From Pseudohongiellaceae bacterium (lineage in GTDB: Bacteria > Pseudomonadota > Gammaproteobacteria > Pseudomonadales > Pseudohongiellaceae), in contig JBBDXV010000113.1 of assembly GCA_040902165.1 (NCBI GenBank), forward strand, positions 5,743 through 41,963: a stretch of 36,221 bases of DNA, written 5' to 3'. Position numbers and translations under genes: made by a program. Positions 36,038 through 36,221 of this stretch are shown one piece after another (position 1 is the first letter of the stretch; each line of letters starts with the position of its first letter). The notes below the pieces were generated by a model. That model saw nothing but the letters and a program-made list of their open reading frames with translations. It did no database searches and was not told the origin of the DNA.

Positions 36038-36221
36038 CTTCGGGTGGAGGCGTGTGGCGTGCCAATTTCCACCGTTCACGGTTCTTTGACCCAGAGGTGG
36101 CTTCGTTCGAAAATCACTTCATGAATTCCGCAGCGGGCTTCGGGTTGAGGCGCGGGGAATGTCAATAGCGACCGTCGCCCGCAGGGATGCGGGCGCCGAG
36201 CCTACAGGGATGTATTCACGG
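35985..36221. repeat. At least two tandem copies of a roughly 98-bp REP-like non-coding repeat; the second copy carries an extra GC hairpin and runs off the window edge
   Basis: Copy A starts at 35985 (tctttggcccggagtggcttcgttc...ttctgcagcggcttcgggtggaggcg...ttcacgg). Copy B starts at 36083 (tctttgacccagaggtggcttcgttc...ttccgcagcgggcttcgggttgaggcg...ttcacgg). Copy B contains the hairpin cgcccgca-ggga-tgcgggcg at 36176-36195 followed by cctacaggg, reminiscent of pseudomonad REP sequences. No ORF fits either copy. Confidence 0.7.

Noticed and set aside
35985-36221. I considered whether the repeats after argA are integron attC sites or a CRISPR array.
   Set aside because: The units follow each other directly every 98 bp or so, with no cassette ORFs or unique spacers between them. 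The GTTC(A/G)(G/A)A stretches do not fit the GTTRRRY core. The repeat length and internal structure do not fit CRISPR repeats of 28-37 bp with spacers of similar size. No intI or cas gene is in the window.
1-36221. I scanned both strands for tRNA, rRNA and known riboswitch signatures: T-loop GGTTCGAAT-type motifs, and lysine or SAM riboswitch cores upstream of lysA and metX.
   Set aside because: Nothing convincing was seen by eye. lysA is preceded by lptM and metX directly by yggU, which leaves no room for leader riboswitches. A covariance-model scan (Infernal/Rfam, tRNAscan-SE) would be the decisive check.

Overview
This is a 36.2-kb chromosomal segment that looks gammaproteobacterial. Its conserved gene blocks follow Pseudomonas/E. 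coli-type local order. In window order they are: (hemX')-hemD-hemC on the minus strand, diverging from argH; an HtrA-family protease; the ABC-F gene yheS; an OmpR-type two-component pair; a gldA/F/G-like ABC transporter operon; lptM-lysA-dapF-DUF484; gshB-tonB-yqgE-ruvX; pilT; and yggS-proC-yggT-yggU-metX-metW-rdgB-hemW-phhB-argE-argA. I support about 39 protein-coding genes. I saw no rRNA, tRNA, CRISPR array, transposase, integrase or phage gene. The ORF track contains many long antisense shadow ORFs, which I rejected.

The one clearly accessory part is a glycosyltransferase island of about 6.9 kb (15683-22601). It begins directly at the stop codon of the DUF484 (yigA-like) gene, where xerC normally sits. 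It has two convergent operons. The plus-strand operon encodes a GT2 enzyme with a long C-terminal coiled coil built from in-frame 63-bp and 21-bp tandem repeats, followed by a 1081-1088-aa three-catalytic-domain enzyme (GT2, coiled coil, GT2, GT-B). The minus-strand operon encodes an unknown polytopic membrane protein followed by two GT2 enzymes. The island has no exporter, polymerase, initiating transferase or sugar-nucleotide genes. This is my best candidate for an undescribed or poorly described system, possibly a glycan-assembly module with a coiled-coil length-setting component, but that reading is inference only.

Other points worth a second look:
- Four 12-bp direct repeats and a perfect 18-bp palindrome lie in the divergent promoter region between the gldA-like operon and lptM-lysA.
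- A 48-codon LptM/LppL-type lipoprotein gene is missing from the ORF track.
- A cluster of nested palindromes and roughly 98-bp REP-like direct repeats lies downstream of argA and runs off the window edge.

All functional calls rest on motif and family recognition by eye. No database search was possible.
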